Positions 27,309 through 39,994 of a stretch of 64,000 bases of DNA are shown one piece after another. The DNA is from Phoronis australis (taxonomy: Eukaryota > Animalia > Phoronida). How positions within the stretch are numbered: position 1 is the stretch's first letter; every line of letters starts with the position of its first letter. The translations under genes were made by a program, and so were the position numbers. The notes beneath the pieces were generated by a model, which saw nothing but the letters and a program-made list of their open reading frames with translations, was not told where the DNA came from and searched no databases. Location of the stretch: assembly GCA_002633005.1 (NCBI GenBank), contig NMRA01000674.1:62001-126000 (forward strand). The letters run 5' to 3'.

Positions 27309-30268
27309 ATGGTAAAAATTCAAACAAAAGTGGGACGGAATAGGTACTCAGAACGCAGGACTACAGGGCGAACTCAGGTGTTTGAATACTTGAATACCTT
27401 GTTGGCACGGGCACTCATTTGAGATTGTGGACGAGAGGGTGCTAAATTGATCGTGGTTCGTGGTTTAAGCGAGGTGTCAAAGAGTGTATATGGTTGAAAG
27501 TCTACCTGGAACCCTTCCCTAAATAGACACGACTGGTCCAGGGACATGGAGTTGTTGTCTAGGAACAGTGGGCGGGTGGGCCTGATGAACAATTTTCGCC
27601 GGAATCAGTCAGCAATTCTGTGGAAGTAGCCATGTAGTTCGACATCGACAGGAGAATATTAGTGCAGTGAATTTCCAGTCTTTCATATTTGCAATTGTGC
27701 ATCACGTTCCGGAATAAAGTTGGGCCATGTTTTCTTAGGAAATTTTCAGCCTTTGTATTCGGTGATATGCTAACTATACTAACCCATCACAACCAAAGGA
27801 CGACGTCTTCTGTTGACAGTTCATGATTACTTTTTTCTTCACCTCAACTCTCGGTACGGCTCATCTTCCGGTAACACGCGAACTAAAATGCCTTGCGTAA
27901 CCCAGGAATTTGTTCAGATGGCGCCGAAGCAGTTTTTTATTAGATCATGTTGGTTTCCCAACCAGAACAACACTAGCAACATCCTATGAACCCAATAACA
28001 CGTGTAGTGGTCAGATGAAATGCGGATCGCCATATAGCTCTGAAATTTAGATTATTAATGGATTCCTTTGACTTGTCAGTCTCCAGTGCCATTTTTGATA
28101 CGACTTCGTGTACTACGTGTGATGGATCGCCTAATGTTCACGGATGCATGGAGCACTGACTTAACTCTGCGGTGATAGACGTCCAAACATACGTGTTGTA
28201 TTGTGGTTAAATACGGTGGCGAAGAAAGGACACCGCGCAATTTCTACCTTCACTTAAGCAGGGGCAACTGGGTCAGGCCATCAAGTTGGGGCTTCAAGAT
28301 TTAGTGATAATTAAATATGTATTGAGCGGTGTTTATGTAATGTAGCTGTGCATCCCGTTTCACACAATAGGTAATGTCGAATGTTTAGATTCAATTTTGC
28401 GATTTTAATAAATTCTAATCATAAAATAAGGCAGGGTTTAAACTCTTCTTAATTTCTATGATCATAATGGAGCTCATAGGTATTGCTTTTGAAGCAGTAC
28501 TCGCTATAACTTAAAAGGAGTAACTACATACCCATTAATGTCATTTTAACGCAAAAAGTGATGAAGTTTAGTATTATAGAAATTTCGGACGTCACTACGA
28601 TCTTTATTTATGTCCGATTAAAATACATTTATCACTAATTTACAAAACGTGAGGAAAATTTACCTCGTGATGCCCTACAACGTCACGAGAATCCAACAAT
28701 GAGTCAACAGGTAGTGGTTGAATGTAACACTGCTTTCTTCGACAACGGATCTGTTGAAATACATTCTTCTGAATACTGTAGATCGGCCGTGTTCTTCATT
28801 TTTATCAGGCCATTGTTGGAAGATCCTGATAATAAGATTATTTTACCCACATAACGCCCATAGTGATCTAGACAGTTTTCAGTCACATTGTCTGAATTGT
28901 CCGGCATGTCTGTTTATGACGGGCAATCAGTTGTTCAGTCATGGGCAAGTGGGTCTAACTCTTATTTGTTTTCAACGGGTCCACCGCGTCACAACACGCA
29001 TAAGTAAAATATTTTTTCAAAGTCTAAGCGATTACCCTTCCATTTATTTACAGTTTTGTTTAGCTTATCTCTGCCATCTTAGTTGTTTTAGTAAATAATA
29101 TCTTACATGAGACAGACTCGCAAGTTGTGAATAGCTTGCGACTAGGATTAAAGCTGCTATTTACCAGCCTTAAGTGCCAAGCACATTGAGGTGGTGAGTC
29201 ATCCGAAACCCCTCGGGAATTTTTGAAGTGCATCAAATCTGCCCCCAGGAGTGAAGGTTACCTGCGCATGTGTAAATTTCAGCCAAACGGCAAGTACCCT
29301 GACTTTCAAACTGGACAATGATTGGCCACATAATTGCAACTCGCACAATCATGTGCAGATAAACTACAATTCCGGGTTAAAATTCGAGGCTACGCAAATA
29401 CTCGAGATGTACAGGATACTAAGGCTGTACCTGTAGATCACGTGGTTGAACATCCGGGGAAGTCAACGATAATTGGAAAGTACAAGTGAAAGAAAACACA
29501 ACCGTTGAAGTGTCGTCTGAGATCAATTCGTGTAATTCTGTTTCACTTTGCGCATTTTAGTTATGCTTCGTCGTCGCTGATTATGTCTCTTTAAGTTATA
29601 AAGTTTAAAAAGTCCTTTTTCAGGAAACGGATCACTGATTTCAAAAGAATAACAAATATTAGTTTTTCCTAAACTTAAAACTTGCTTCTAATCTTATCAA
29701 GAAACAAATTGAGACCGGCTTCATAACGGTAAGTGATGAAAATCAAACGTTATCGTTTAACAAAAGACGGGTACACAACAGCTTTAACTATAACAATGTC
29801 TTTAGCCATCAGATTTCGGCCTCTAGAAAAACTTAAGCCCATATTATAATTGCAGGTGACGGTGAACCTTGTACATTTCAAACAAACAGGACTTTTATTG
29901 GCAAAACTAAACAAACACTCATGTGCCGATATGTGACTAGCTAATAACGATCAGTGTGTTGGTGGACCTGTAGCTGATCTCGCTAGTTTTATATGCATTT
30001 GGTTAACCTGAAATGAATTCAAATGATTTTTAACAAAAGTTTCATCAAAATAAAATCTAAGAATCCATTAAGTATGTCTGATGCAACATTTTGCTGTACT
30101 TTGAGAAGCAAGACAAAGTTAGGAAGCTCATCGTACAACAAAAGCTTTGTGATTAGATTATATGTTTTTGCATCACAGCCTGGTAAAAACAGGGGTCAAG
30201 AACTTTGAGGCACCTGTTACTAAGAACGAGTTGAGACACGTACCTGAAGCGCAAATGACTGCTTTTAA

Positions 30269-30748
30269 GCTCATGTAGGACCTTATTGACAAAACTATAA
30301 TAGAATAACTACAGAAAAGAATATGTTTTCTGTAACCATAAAGTATTTTGATTTTATACCACTCTGGCGTTTATTGGACCAAGAGATCATGGTTTCAGTA
30401 ACTACGTTTCGCGAAGAGAAATGTACAATCCTAGAAAAATAATGGCATTAAAAACACGACCAAATTTTATTTAATGTAAATGTTCAAGATGAAACCATGC
30501 AGTTAAGTAATTACCACTTAGTTTTCATTTTATGCAAGTTTTTCTAAAAATATTAAAAGCCCTATTTTTGATAGCCCTCATGTACAAGTCAGTCAGTTTA
30601 AAAACAACGAACTCCTTACAATGTTTGTTGTAAAACGTTGCATAATGTATTAGTATCTGAAAGTTTTGCGTGAATCCGATCACCCATTTCTGAGATATGA
30701 AGCTCCTAAGTAACCCAAAGTCGGACATTTTTCTAGGTCTTACATAAT
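30269..30748 (+). mobile_element. Kolobok-like MITE (ATGTAGGACC TIR family)
   Basis: ttaagctcatgtaggacctta ... taggtcttacataat; internal similarity to 22968-23719. Confidence 0.65.
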
Positions 30749-30769
30749 ATAACCTTAAAATAAATTGAC

Positions 30770-31107
30770 TCACAAAAACACGAACCACAGACAAAAACAC
30801 GAATCGCAAAGAAAAACACGAATCATAGCCTGAACATAGTCAATATTTATTTATTTATTTATTTATTTATTTATTATTGTGATATTTAAAATGAGGGTGG
30901 CCTCTTCAGTGATAGCACTGCTTTCCAAGAGGGACAAATGACAGACAAAAATACGAATCACAAGTACAAAAAACGAACCACGGACAAAAACACGAACCAC
31001 AAACAAAAACACGAATCACAATCAATTTACGAATGACAGAAAAAAGGAACCAAAAACAAAAAACAAATCACAGACAAATACATGAATCACGGACAGTAAC
31101 ACGAAAC
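30770..31107. repeat. Degenerate ~19-bp satellite (cacagacaaaaacacgaat), interrupted at ~30845-30934 by a reverse-oriented retroelement-like 3' tail ending in (TAAA)n
   Basis: Repeated cacgaatcac/cacgaaccac units. The insert reads on the minus strand as gtccctcttggaaagcagtgctatcactgaagaggccaccctc...aataaataaataaat. Confidence 0.65.
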
Positions 31108-32180
31108 GCTCGTCACGGTGTTGCGGCAGAATTCCCGGGGCAGTGCAAGCAACGCTGATGTTAACGAGCTATATGCACGTACAAGAAAGTTTGCATTGAA
31201 TATCAAAGTATTCAGTAAGGATTACGTGCAATGCTCATGAACAAAGCACACCCTATCGATGACGAATTTACAGCCTCAAACGTAAATAGAGACATTTTTT
31301 GAAATCTATACGGTTCTTAGATTTAAACCGACCTTCTCCGGTTTCATGAATTGAGGCCACCTTGTTGTCGTTCTTCTTTTCTGATATGTCTATTTAGAAT
31401 ATCGTCTTGAACCTCGACTTTGTTAGCATTTTTCTTTGTCTGCTTCTTGACTGATCAAATGATGAAGTCAACTGGTTTATTTAAATCAGTTGAACATAAC
31501 ATGGCTTTACAACGTTAGCTAACGTAACTTGATAGAGAAGTCAAGCATAGGGTGTAAAAGCTGCAAGCTGTGATCCCCACACGGCTCACATGTCAGTCGA
31601 GCTCCACACTTTTGTTATTTTGGTCACAGTAATACTCGGAACTCTATTTTACGCATGTCATGAAAGAAGGAACAGCTCGCAATTAAAATTATTGAGCAGC
31701 AATTTGACAAATAGTTGTCTCGGAAAAAATATTGAATGAAAATGAGATGAATAAGAGACAATTTATAGTAATGAAGTACGCAAACAAATCAGATCGCAGC
31801 TTATATAATGGAAAAGTGACCTTTTATCGTTTTCGAAATCTTCTCCAGACATAAAAGCTAATAGAGTATGCGAGACTATCCAGATTAAAATCTCACTCGG
31901 ACTGCATTTGAGCGAAAGAGTTCACTGCAAGGGAAATCCCCTCACCGATCTCCTGAGCGATGGATGCTGTGAATCCTAGAAGGCTAACACAAATCAGTGG
32001 GCTATGAGTAGAAATGTTTGGGTAAAAGTAGATACGAATTTACGAGGGTCTTCCTATTCCAAAGTCGACCAAGTCGACATCGGCCAATTAACTTGTCGTA
32101 AGCGTACGAGTGACCAAGGACCTCGCTGTTCATAAAAAGTTTATTCGGGTTGGCCAATATTCGCATGCATAGACTGTCAC

Positions 32181-32481
32181 CAGTGGCGGATTAAGGGCGG
32201 GCCAAGGGGGCCATGACCCCCACTAAAATTCTACTAGACACCATTTGGCAGTTCGGTGCGAATCGCCGACAAGCACATGCGCGCAACCAGGGGGGTGGAA
32301 TAAACAATACATTGGCTCTGAACAACAAACCCCGTTTACCTTTTTTAGTCAAAAGGTCCGCAAAACCCAAAAATTCGAGACCCCTGCATCCCTACATTTT
32401 AGGCTGAGCGCGCGCATCTGCCGAAAGTCTGGTTATTCCTGTGCCCTGCCCCCCTAACTTGAAATCCTGGATCCGCCCCTG
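32181..32481. mobile_element. GC-rich MITE (CAGTGGCGGAT...ATCCGCCCCTG) with 5-bp TSD GTCAC, hAT5-like; probable nested MITE at ~32276-32420
   Basis: gtcac|cagtggcggat ... atccgcccctg|gtcac. A paralogous empty site lies at ~21650. Nested cacatgcgcgc...gcgcgcatctg. Confidence 0.8.
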
Positions 32482-32928
32482 GTCACTTGAGTTGCCAGCT
32501 CATTCGGCGACAATTCAACATAAGATGTGAATTGTGGTGTGTTAAATTCCCAAATCGCTTTGGCTAAGAATTCAACATTCACTGTTGCACAACGGCGAAT
32601 GCAACAGTAAAATATCCGAAAACTTAGTTTAGACCGACATTTCACGATAGAGCCGTCACGGTTGCACAGCTGTATTTATCCACAATGCCGTAAACATCCG
32701 CCAGGCACATTTGCTGCCTTCTTTTCGTGCCATTGGAGTTTATTTGTTGTTGTCTGAATCTTTACAAGTCTTTTTTTCTCGATTGCATTACTCGTGCTTC
32801 CAAAGCCAACGAAGTATTACTGCACGTGCTGTGATTACTACACGTGCTGTGGACTGCAACTCCAACGTGAGAAAGTTTAACCTGGACAAATACCCGTGAA
32901 TTTGTGTTGTGAAACTCCTCGCCTTTAA

Positions 32929-34586
32929 AGGAGAATGCCACCCGATTTAATTAATCTTTTTTGCCGTCTTAATCGGTCTATATCCACATCGCCTCGCATA
33001 CGGTCGACCTTACCTTGCCAAGAGGTGTCGCGTTAACCTGTGAGGAAGGTGAGAAACGACGCTAGCGACGTCAGTGGTTCATATGCAGAGTGAATGCCGC
33101 TATGCTGCGGTGCATCGTTCCCGCTTGTCCGAACTGAGCAGGTACGAGGAAAGCGGGCATATCGTTTTTTTTTCTTCCTCGAGAGTCCGAAATGCTTAGG
33201 AAGTGGCTCATGGTAGTGAAGAATGAAATGTACGCTGTGAATAGCAAGTATGAGGCCGTGAAACATCTCCGTGTCTGTGGCCTGTAGACGTAAACAGTGA
33301 GTGACGAATGCCGGCTTACCAAATAACTCCATACGTTCCGTTGTCTGAGCTTGTTCATGTCGCCTCTCTAGTATTTCTCCATCACTGTATTCCTGTTTGA
33401 ATTGATAGCCTGTAAAACTTAACGATCCACCTGCGAAGTCGGGACTTATGAGCTGTAGCTCGTCCTAACTCGGGATTGCGAGTTGCCATGTTGGCGTTTA
33501 TTACTGAGCGTTCTGTTTCAAAATGAATTATTCTCACCCTAACCAATACTTATATAAAACTGAAACAAAGTCTGTCTCATTAGATGCAATTTGTAATGCC
33601 TTTGGAGTGTTCGTGAGTGCAAATGATTTGAGAAGCCAGCAATGAATAAATCACCGGCTTTAGATGCAATAAAACTAATTGACGGGACACCTAGGCCGTG
33701 TGAGCTCATGCTAATTAGTGTTAGCTGCCAGAAACTGTTGTGAAACAACTCGATTTCCATCCCACCGCCAGATGTTAGGGGAATCTTTATTTACATTCAC
33801 ATTATTCAAATAATGATTGTCAATGTACAGCTTCTGCCCTGACGGTGCTGTGGCCAAAGCGGAACATGAATTCGCGGCCCCCGACGAGTAAGAAGATATG
33901 CAGTTTCGTGGCTAATTCACCAACATAATCAGGTGCACATTACTTTGGCTCACTAGTATAGTATTTCCTTGACTGGAAGTTTAGTTTTCACTGAACTTTG
34001 GCTGGTTTATGTTCGTGATGTCTGATCAGTTTCCGAGCCACTGGCGGGGGATAACGAGTCAATCCGGCCGGCCGCGACGGGCCTGATCGGGCTCCGAGCC
34101 ACTGGCCAGGCTAACAAGCGTTTTGTGATCAGAACTCAAAAAGTCACAAGTCTAAACAACACAGATCTAGATTCTCCTGTCTGTATCTCACGAAAAATAC
34201 TTCGAAATTATCTCCGAAAAGACCCCAAACTCATGCTACGGACCTTATTGGCCTGCCTACGGTGTGTCCAATTACCAATAAATCCGTAAGAGCGAAATAA
34301 AACAAAACGTTTTTATAAAATTTCGGTGTATTTGTAAGGGTTTTACATCGAAGTTTGTTGATTTGTTGGTGTTAAACGATGACCTCAAGCGATAAGCTGA
34401 CACCAGTAACCCGTGTTGTGAACTGCTGAACAGACTTTGTGTGAAACCGATGACGTCATTGGATAATTTCAACACCTCCGTCTGCCGTCAGGTGTCAGGT
34501 AACGCAACCGTACGTGTCGTTATGGAGTAGAACTACTCGATCTAAATTGATACAAATTAGGTTGTTTTTTTGGGTGGCATGCTCCT
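32929..34586 (-). mobile_element. Kolobok deletion derivative (TTAA TSD) with a KolX-like N-terminal remnant
   Basis: TTAA-aggagaatgccaccc ... gggtggcatgctcct-TTAA. Minus strand ~33410-33320 reads GYQFKQEYSDGEILERRHEQ...ELF|gtaag, resembling the Y.FEP.Y motif of KolX accessory proteins. Confidence 0.75.
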
Positions 34587-35014
34587 TTAAGACATCAATA
34601 ATCGAGACACGAAAATGTGCCTGATTTCCAAAACGAGGCCACGCGCCTTCTTATCTCCGGGACAAAACGGAGAGTTCTATCGCCGTGTAATGCGGACGGC
34701 CCTATTAAAACACGGTACTCACTGAAGTAACTTGTGTAGTGTTAAATTGGGTGCTTTTTATCGTGCTTTTAAATATGTTTCTCAAAGCAATCTGATAACA
34801 GTCTTTCCTACAAACATGTAATATTGCTATTTTGAGAAGATGCATTGCGTACGATCTCGAATTTGTGGCGTTGAAGTAAGCTAAATACAACCTTGTGGTC
34901 GAAGTTTAACTGTCCTATCATACGTAAACAACAATAAAACGCATTAATTCAACATCGATGTATTCATTCCGAACATCCGAATGTACGGTTTGTACGGATA
35001 AAACTGAAATGATA

Positions 35015-36462
35015 CCGGGGTTTTCCGGGCGTTTATTCGGAAAAAGGGACTGTGAAATGAGTGAAAAGTCATAACTGTGGTTGCGTAACTACCAGCATGA
35101 AGCGCCATATGTATTTTTATAAGTGAAACAGCCCTTCTGGGTGGATTGGTAGTCCTTAAAAGGAATGTTGTGAATATGTTGATACCTGTTAACAACGTCA
35201 ATTGTTGCAATATCTGCGCTGCGGGACAAGAAAATTAATATGCATGACACTTCTAGACCTCCTTGAGGCAAAGATGATCGCATCCAAGGTCGCTTGAATA
35301 CTGAGTATTGTGAAAAATTAACAAGTTTTAGCCAGCTCTCTTGGTATGTGCCCAACCGTAAGTCTGTCTTTGACTACTTTCATACTTCACCGATCAAGCG
35401 TGTACCCATTAACAACACTGAAGTCCAGGTGGGGAATCCATGAACGAGTCTCTGTTATGATGCAGTACTTACCATAGGCGCGGGATTTGGGGGGGGGGCA
35501 GGGGGCTCAGATGACGGCAGAATCAGTGTTCCCGTTTTTTTAGTCCACTGCCAAATGTTCCGAACAGCTTCGACCCTCACTTTCTGGCTCCTGTGCTTTG
35601 TCCAGTAGTGATGAGGCGAGGACCTTATTTCAACACTGACAAATCCGTTTTGCTTATGAACGCACACCGGAGCCCACTGGACAGAAACTGTATACGCAGA
35701 GTTTCAAAAATTGAATATTGGCGTGAAGATAATTCCAGCCAGAATGACCGGTTTCCTTCAGAGCCACTTGATGTTTCTGTTAACGCTCCGTTCAAAGCTA
35801 GAGGTTGCGAGATCAGTATCAGTATAGTCTTGAAACGGCGAGAAAGAACATATCTCAACAATTAAAGGTATCGCCGCCGCCCATCCAATGAGAATTTGTA
35901 TGTTCAGCCATGCGGCAAATCCCCGTAAGACATCATTATCTGAGCGTTTGAATGTTGCAGCATAGCTGCTGATGGGCAATTGATCTCTACCTTATTCATC
36001 AACGCCTGGATTCGCGAACACATGGGGTAAAACGCGGATATCCAAGAGATGGGCGCAAGTCACTGAATCTCTTCATCGACTCGGGGGTGGAATGAGTCAC
36101 TATGAGGACGAGCTGGGTGAAAATATTGACAAGGACTGAATACAAGTAGATTTAGACGTTTCCTGACTGGTTTTGTCCTTAAAAGTGTTTTTTTAAAAAT
36201 TTTATGTTAATAAACATATAGTTCGGCAACACTTTGTTCGATTTTATAAATGATATATGCTTCAAAAACGAATTTGTGGCTAAAAGTTGACGCTAAGTAA
36301 GCTTTTATGAGAAAATTTTCCGAATAAACGCTCCACTATCTGGACACTTGACAAAAAAGTTGCAATACCAAATAAACGCCCATGGGCGTTTATTCGGCAT
36401 AATTTTCCGAATAAAGGCACATGGGCTATTCATCGGGTGGGCTTATCTACGGAAAACCCCGG
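35015..36462 (+). mobile_element. pogo/Tigger-like Tc1-mariner remnant with TA TSD
   Basis: TA-ccggggttttccg ... cggaaaaccccgg-TA. Degenerate transposase motifs EPLDVSVNAPFKA and III*AFECCSI; subterminal palindrome aataaacgcccatgggcgtttatt. Confidence 0.8.
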
Positions 36463-38741
36463 TAAAAGCGCTGATAAATCAATGCGCTAGGATCGAATAA
36501 CCACATGCGCAGAGATACAGGGTATAGTAACATCTGGCGGCAGTCACAGAAACTAAGGGTATCGAAATAGAGTGGATTAAGAGTAAGACATGGCACTATT
36601 TTTCAACTTAAGAATGCGACTGATAGCCATGTCTTGCATTTTTTATGGTAGCCTTTCAAACTTTATCACTAGGGCTTCTAAACGTGCACGAATCGTGTGT
36701 CAAAGGACGTTATTTTACTATTGAAAATACGTTTGGATCAATACTTCATACAAATGAGCAGCATGTGTCGTTGAGTGTCAAAACTGTAGAGTATATTCTT
36801 ACTGGTATATGAGCTACTTCTCGGCTGACCAGTATATTCTGACCAGTGGACCTATATGAGCTGCTCCCCCGCTAAAGTACAAATGTGGAATACTAGAACT
36901 GTCGAGTTGTTTTACGTCAAACGCCCATGCACTCCTGTCTTAATTAACTTAATTGTGGGTCTCCAGTTGCGCGCGTCCGTTTTACCTTTAATTTGTGTGC
37001 TGATATGTGCGGGGCTTAGGGTGGGCGTATATTTAGCTCTAAATTTTCCAGCACAGCAATGACGAAAACCAACTATTACGCGTAGCCTTGCATACTCCAC
37101 GAAGAAAACCCTCACCACGAACTCACCGTACTCAGGCACTCCTACCTCAGACAACGTTTTAGGGCAGAAAATACAACACACAGAAAATGAGTTGTGCACT
37201 TCAGTCACAAGAACAAATAAAATGATTTTTGGTGAGTGTCTTAGTGGGGTTAGAATTCGTTTCCACCTCCTGTCATGTGCTTCCCTAGCATATACATTCC
37301 ATGAACTAATTTCTTTGTTAACCGTCTAGTTATAGGCTATATCAACACGTCAAGAGAACTTGAAAAGAAGAAGACCTCAAACGAAGTCGCGTCACCGACA
37401 GGAAGCTTTGTCAAACCAGTTCATACTTTGTCCAACGCCAAATCCACCTCCCTGGCAAAGCTTTCTCACACAACGGGACAGTCTATTCTTTCCACACAAC
37501 TTTGGCGACACGGCGCAACCTCGTTTCCAGTTACTGTTCAAAACGAACAGGACAAGGGACGGACAGGTCTCGTGCAATCTTTTCTGACAACTACTTTCAT
37601 AATTTTATTTTACTGATGTGAAACCGATCAATTAATACTCAAAGAAAAAGAAGGTAGGAGCAAAATTTGCACTGTAAATGTGTTCGTCTTTTTTATTTAA
37701 ATGACTGAATCCTTGCTTTTTGCCATTTTTGATTTGAGTCGAATTGTTTGGAAATAAATGAGACAAGATTTTACGAGTTTTCACGAAGTGTTGAAAATTT
37801 TCAACGAGTTCGTCTATGTTTGATAGACAAAATTAACTTTGACAAAAATAGGTGATCTTACGACCGCAACTAATAAATGTTATAAATAGGACCACGTGAC
37901 CTATATTGTCCACGATGCAAAGAAGATAAACAAAAGTTTTAAGTCGATTTCTGCAGCTAACATGTATACTCAGGTAAAGATCCTATATTTCTCATGAATT
38001 TATTATTCTATACTCCACTGATTATCGTATGCTGTACATGCATACAGCGATCTTGATGCACAAGTCATGGTCGAGCAACAAACAATGGGATGGCAATGAA
38101 TGAGGTTGAAGGTTTCAAAAACGAGAGTGTAGGGCCAAAGGGAACCGGAAACTGAAATTATGCTAACCTCGACGATCGATCGGATTCCTTGTATCACTAA
38201 CTCATTTTTAATTGGTGAACTTACCGAAACAATAAAACCTTAGCAACTTCGCTGTTTGTTTTGATGAATAAGTTGTCAAGCAGGATATTTCACCTTTCAA
38301 TCTACGATCCAGTCATAATCCTGGTTCTGCATGTTCTCATAGTTTTTTCATCTTTTATTGCCAAAGAATGTTAGGCCTCACTGCTTTGAGTGCTCTGGAG
38401 ATATATTGTATCCGGATCAAAGCTTTTGGTTCGTGTTGATGTGTCATGTACAAAATACCGTGTTATTCATCTAATTCGGGTCCAGCGACTTTCAATGCAA
38501 ACACTTTATTTTTAGTTCAGTGCAAACAATATTGTTTTAAATGGTATCTAGGCCTTCCAGGTTACTTATTTTATGCTTTAAATCTCATTATGCAAGTCAC
38601 AGAACATAACTCCACAAGTACAAATATCACTAACTGGAAAAATTCGAGTAATTAGTGAATTTACGAAACATAAACAACTGTATTACTGTGTCTATGGTTT
38701 ACTGAATGAAAATTTATCATCGGTTTTCCCCTCTGTTGTAG

Positions 38742-39994
38742 TTACTTATGGGCTACCAAAAGTGTCGAGTGCACCACCATCTCTTGTAAAAGCAACAGCG
38801 ACGGTGTTGATGGTGAGTAACACCACTTCCGGTTCTCCTTCTTTGGGTGGTTTGCCAACAACTGTTAATCACCCACTAAGGATCGCTTCTACAACGAACA
38901 AGTTTTTAATCACATCGGAAGCAAGTTCAGTGAAGAAAGCAGATAGTGTCGTTATACCTACAAGGTTTTCACCGAACTCATTAACGTCAAACACAGCAGG
39001 TTCAGTAGTGACAACAAAAACGACAGAAATGGAACACGTAGAAACGTCAGTAAGAGCCGTAAAAGAGAAAATGACGCCATCATTATTAGGATCTCTAAGC
39101 ACAGCCCAGATGCCAAAAGAATCAAACCGCTCGGCTGACTTATTTGGGAACATATTGCAAGAAATCGTTACGGAAACGCTAGTGCTGAGCACTGCAGGTT
39201 TGGTGAATACGGGTACATTTACGACACAAGTGAATCCATCAGCAAAACAGTCAACATCCTCATCGGAAACAGAAACAGCATTTAGACAAACAACAAGAAC
39301 GAAAAGACCAGTTACTACGCTTGCGGAGTCTGCCTCAGAGGCAGCAGCAACAACAGCAGCATCAACAACAGCATCAACAACAACGACAACTGTACCTGTA
39401 ACAAGGACAACGGCACCAGCAGCAACAACAACAGCAACAGCAGCAACAACAACAGCGGCAACAACAAAATCAGCAACAACAACAGAATCAAAAACAACTG
39501 AACCCACAACAACGACACTAACTACAGCAAGAGCAACAACAACAACAGCAGCAATAACAACAGCAGCAGCAACAGTAGTATCTACATTAACAGCAGGTTC
39601 AACAACAACATCAACAGCATCAGCAGCAATAACAACAACATCAGCAGCAGGAACAACATCAATGGCAGCAGCGACAACTGCAGCAGCAACCTCATCAGCA
39701 GCAACAGTAGCAGCAGCAGCAAAAACAACGACAACAACCACAATATCAGGAGCAGTACCAACTTCCACAGAAGGTGCAACTATAGAAGCATCGTCAGCAA
39801 CAACAACAACAACAACAGCAGCAACAACAACAGCAACAACAACTGCAGCAAAACCGAAACTGTCTTGTCATGGAAATGATGTCCTGTGTTCTGATTATAC
39901 GTGCATCAAATCACACGAGCTTTGTGATGGAGTCAAAAATTGTCCACGTGGAGAAGATGAATTCAATTGCCAAAACGTAACGCGTGGCAAATAA
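38742..39994 (+). CDS. Gene A large exon: Ser/Thr/Ala mucin-like stalk plus C-terminal LDL-receptor class A module (CHGNDVLCSDYTCIKSHELCDGVKNCPRGEDEFNC)
   Basis: Acceptor ttttcccctctgttgtag| in phase 1 is in frame with ORF 38762-39994 and with the phase-1 donor at 20519. Six-Cys LDLa spacing with CDG...C...DE. Confidence 0.85.

Noticed and set aside
38869-39779. Val/Ala-rich and Leu-rich minus-strand ORFs
   Set aside because: Antisense shadows of the ACA/GCA-rich mucin exon.
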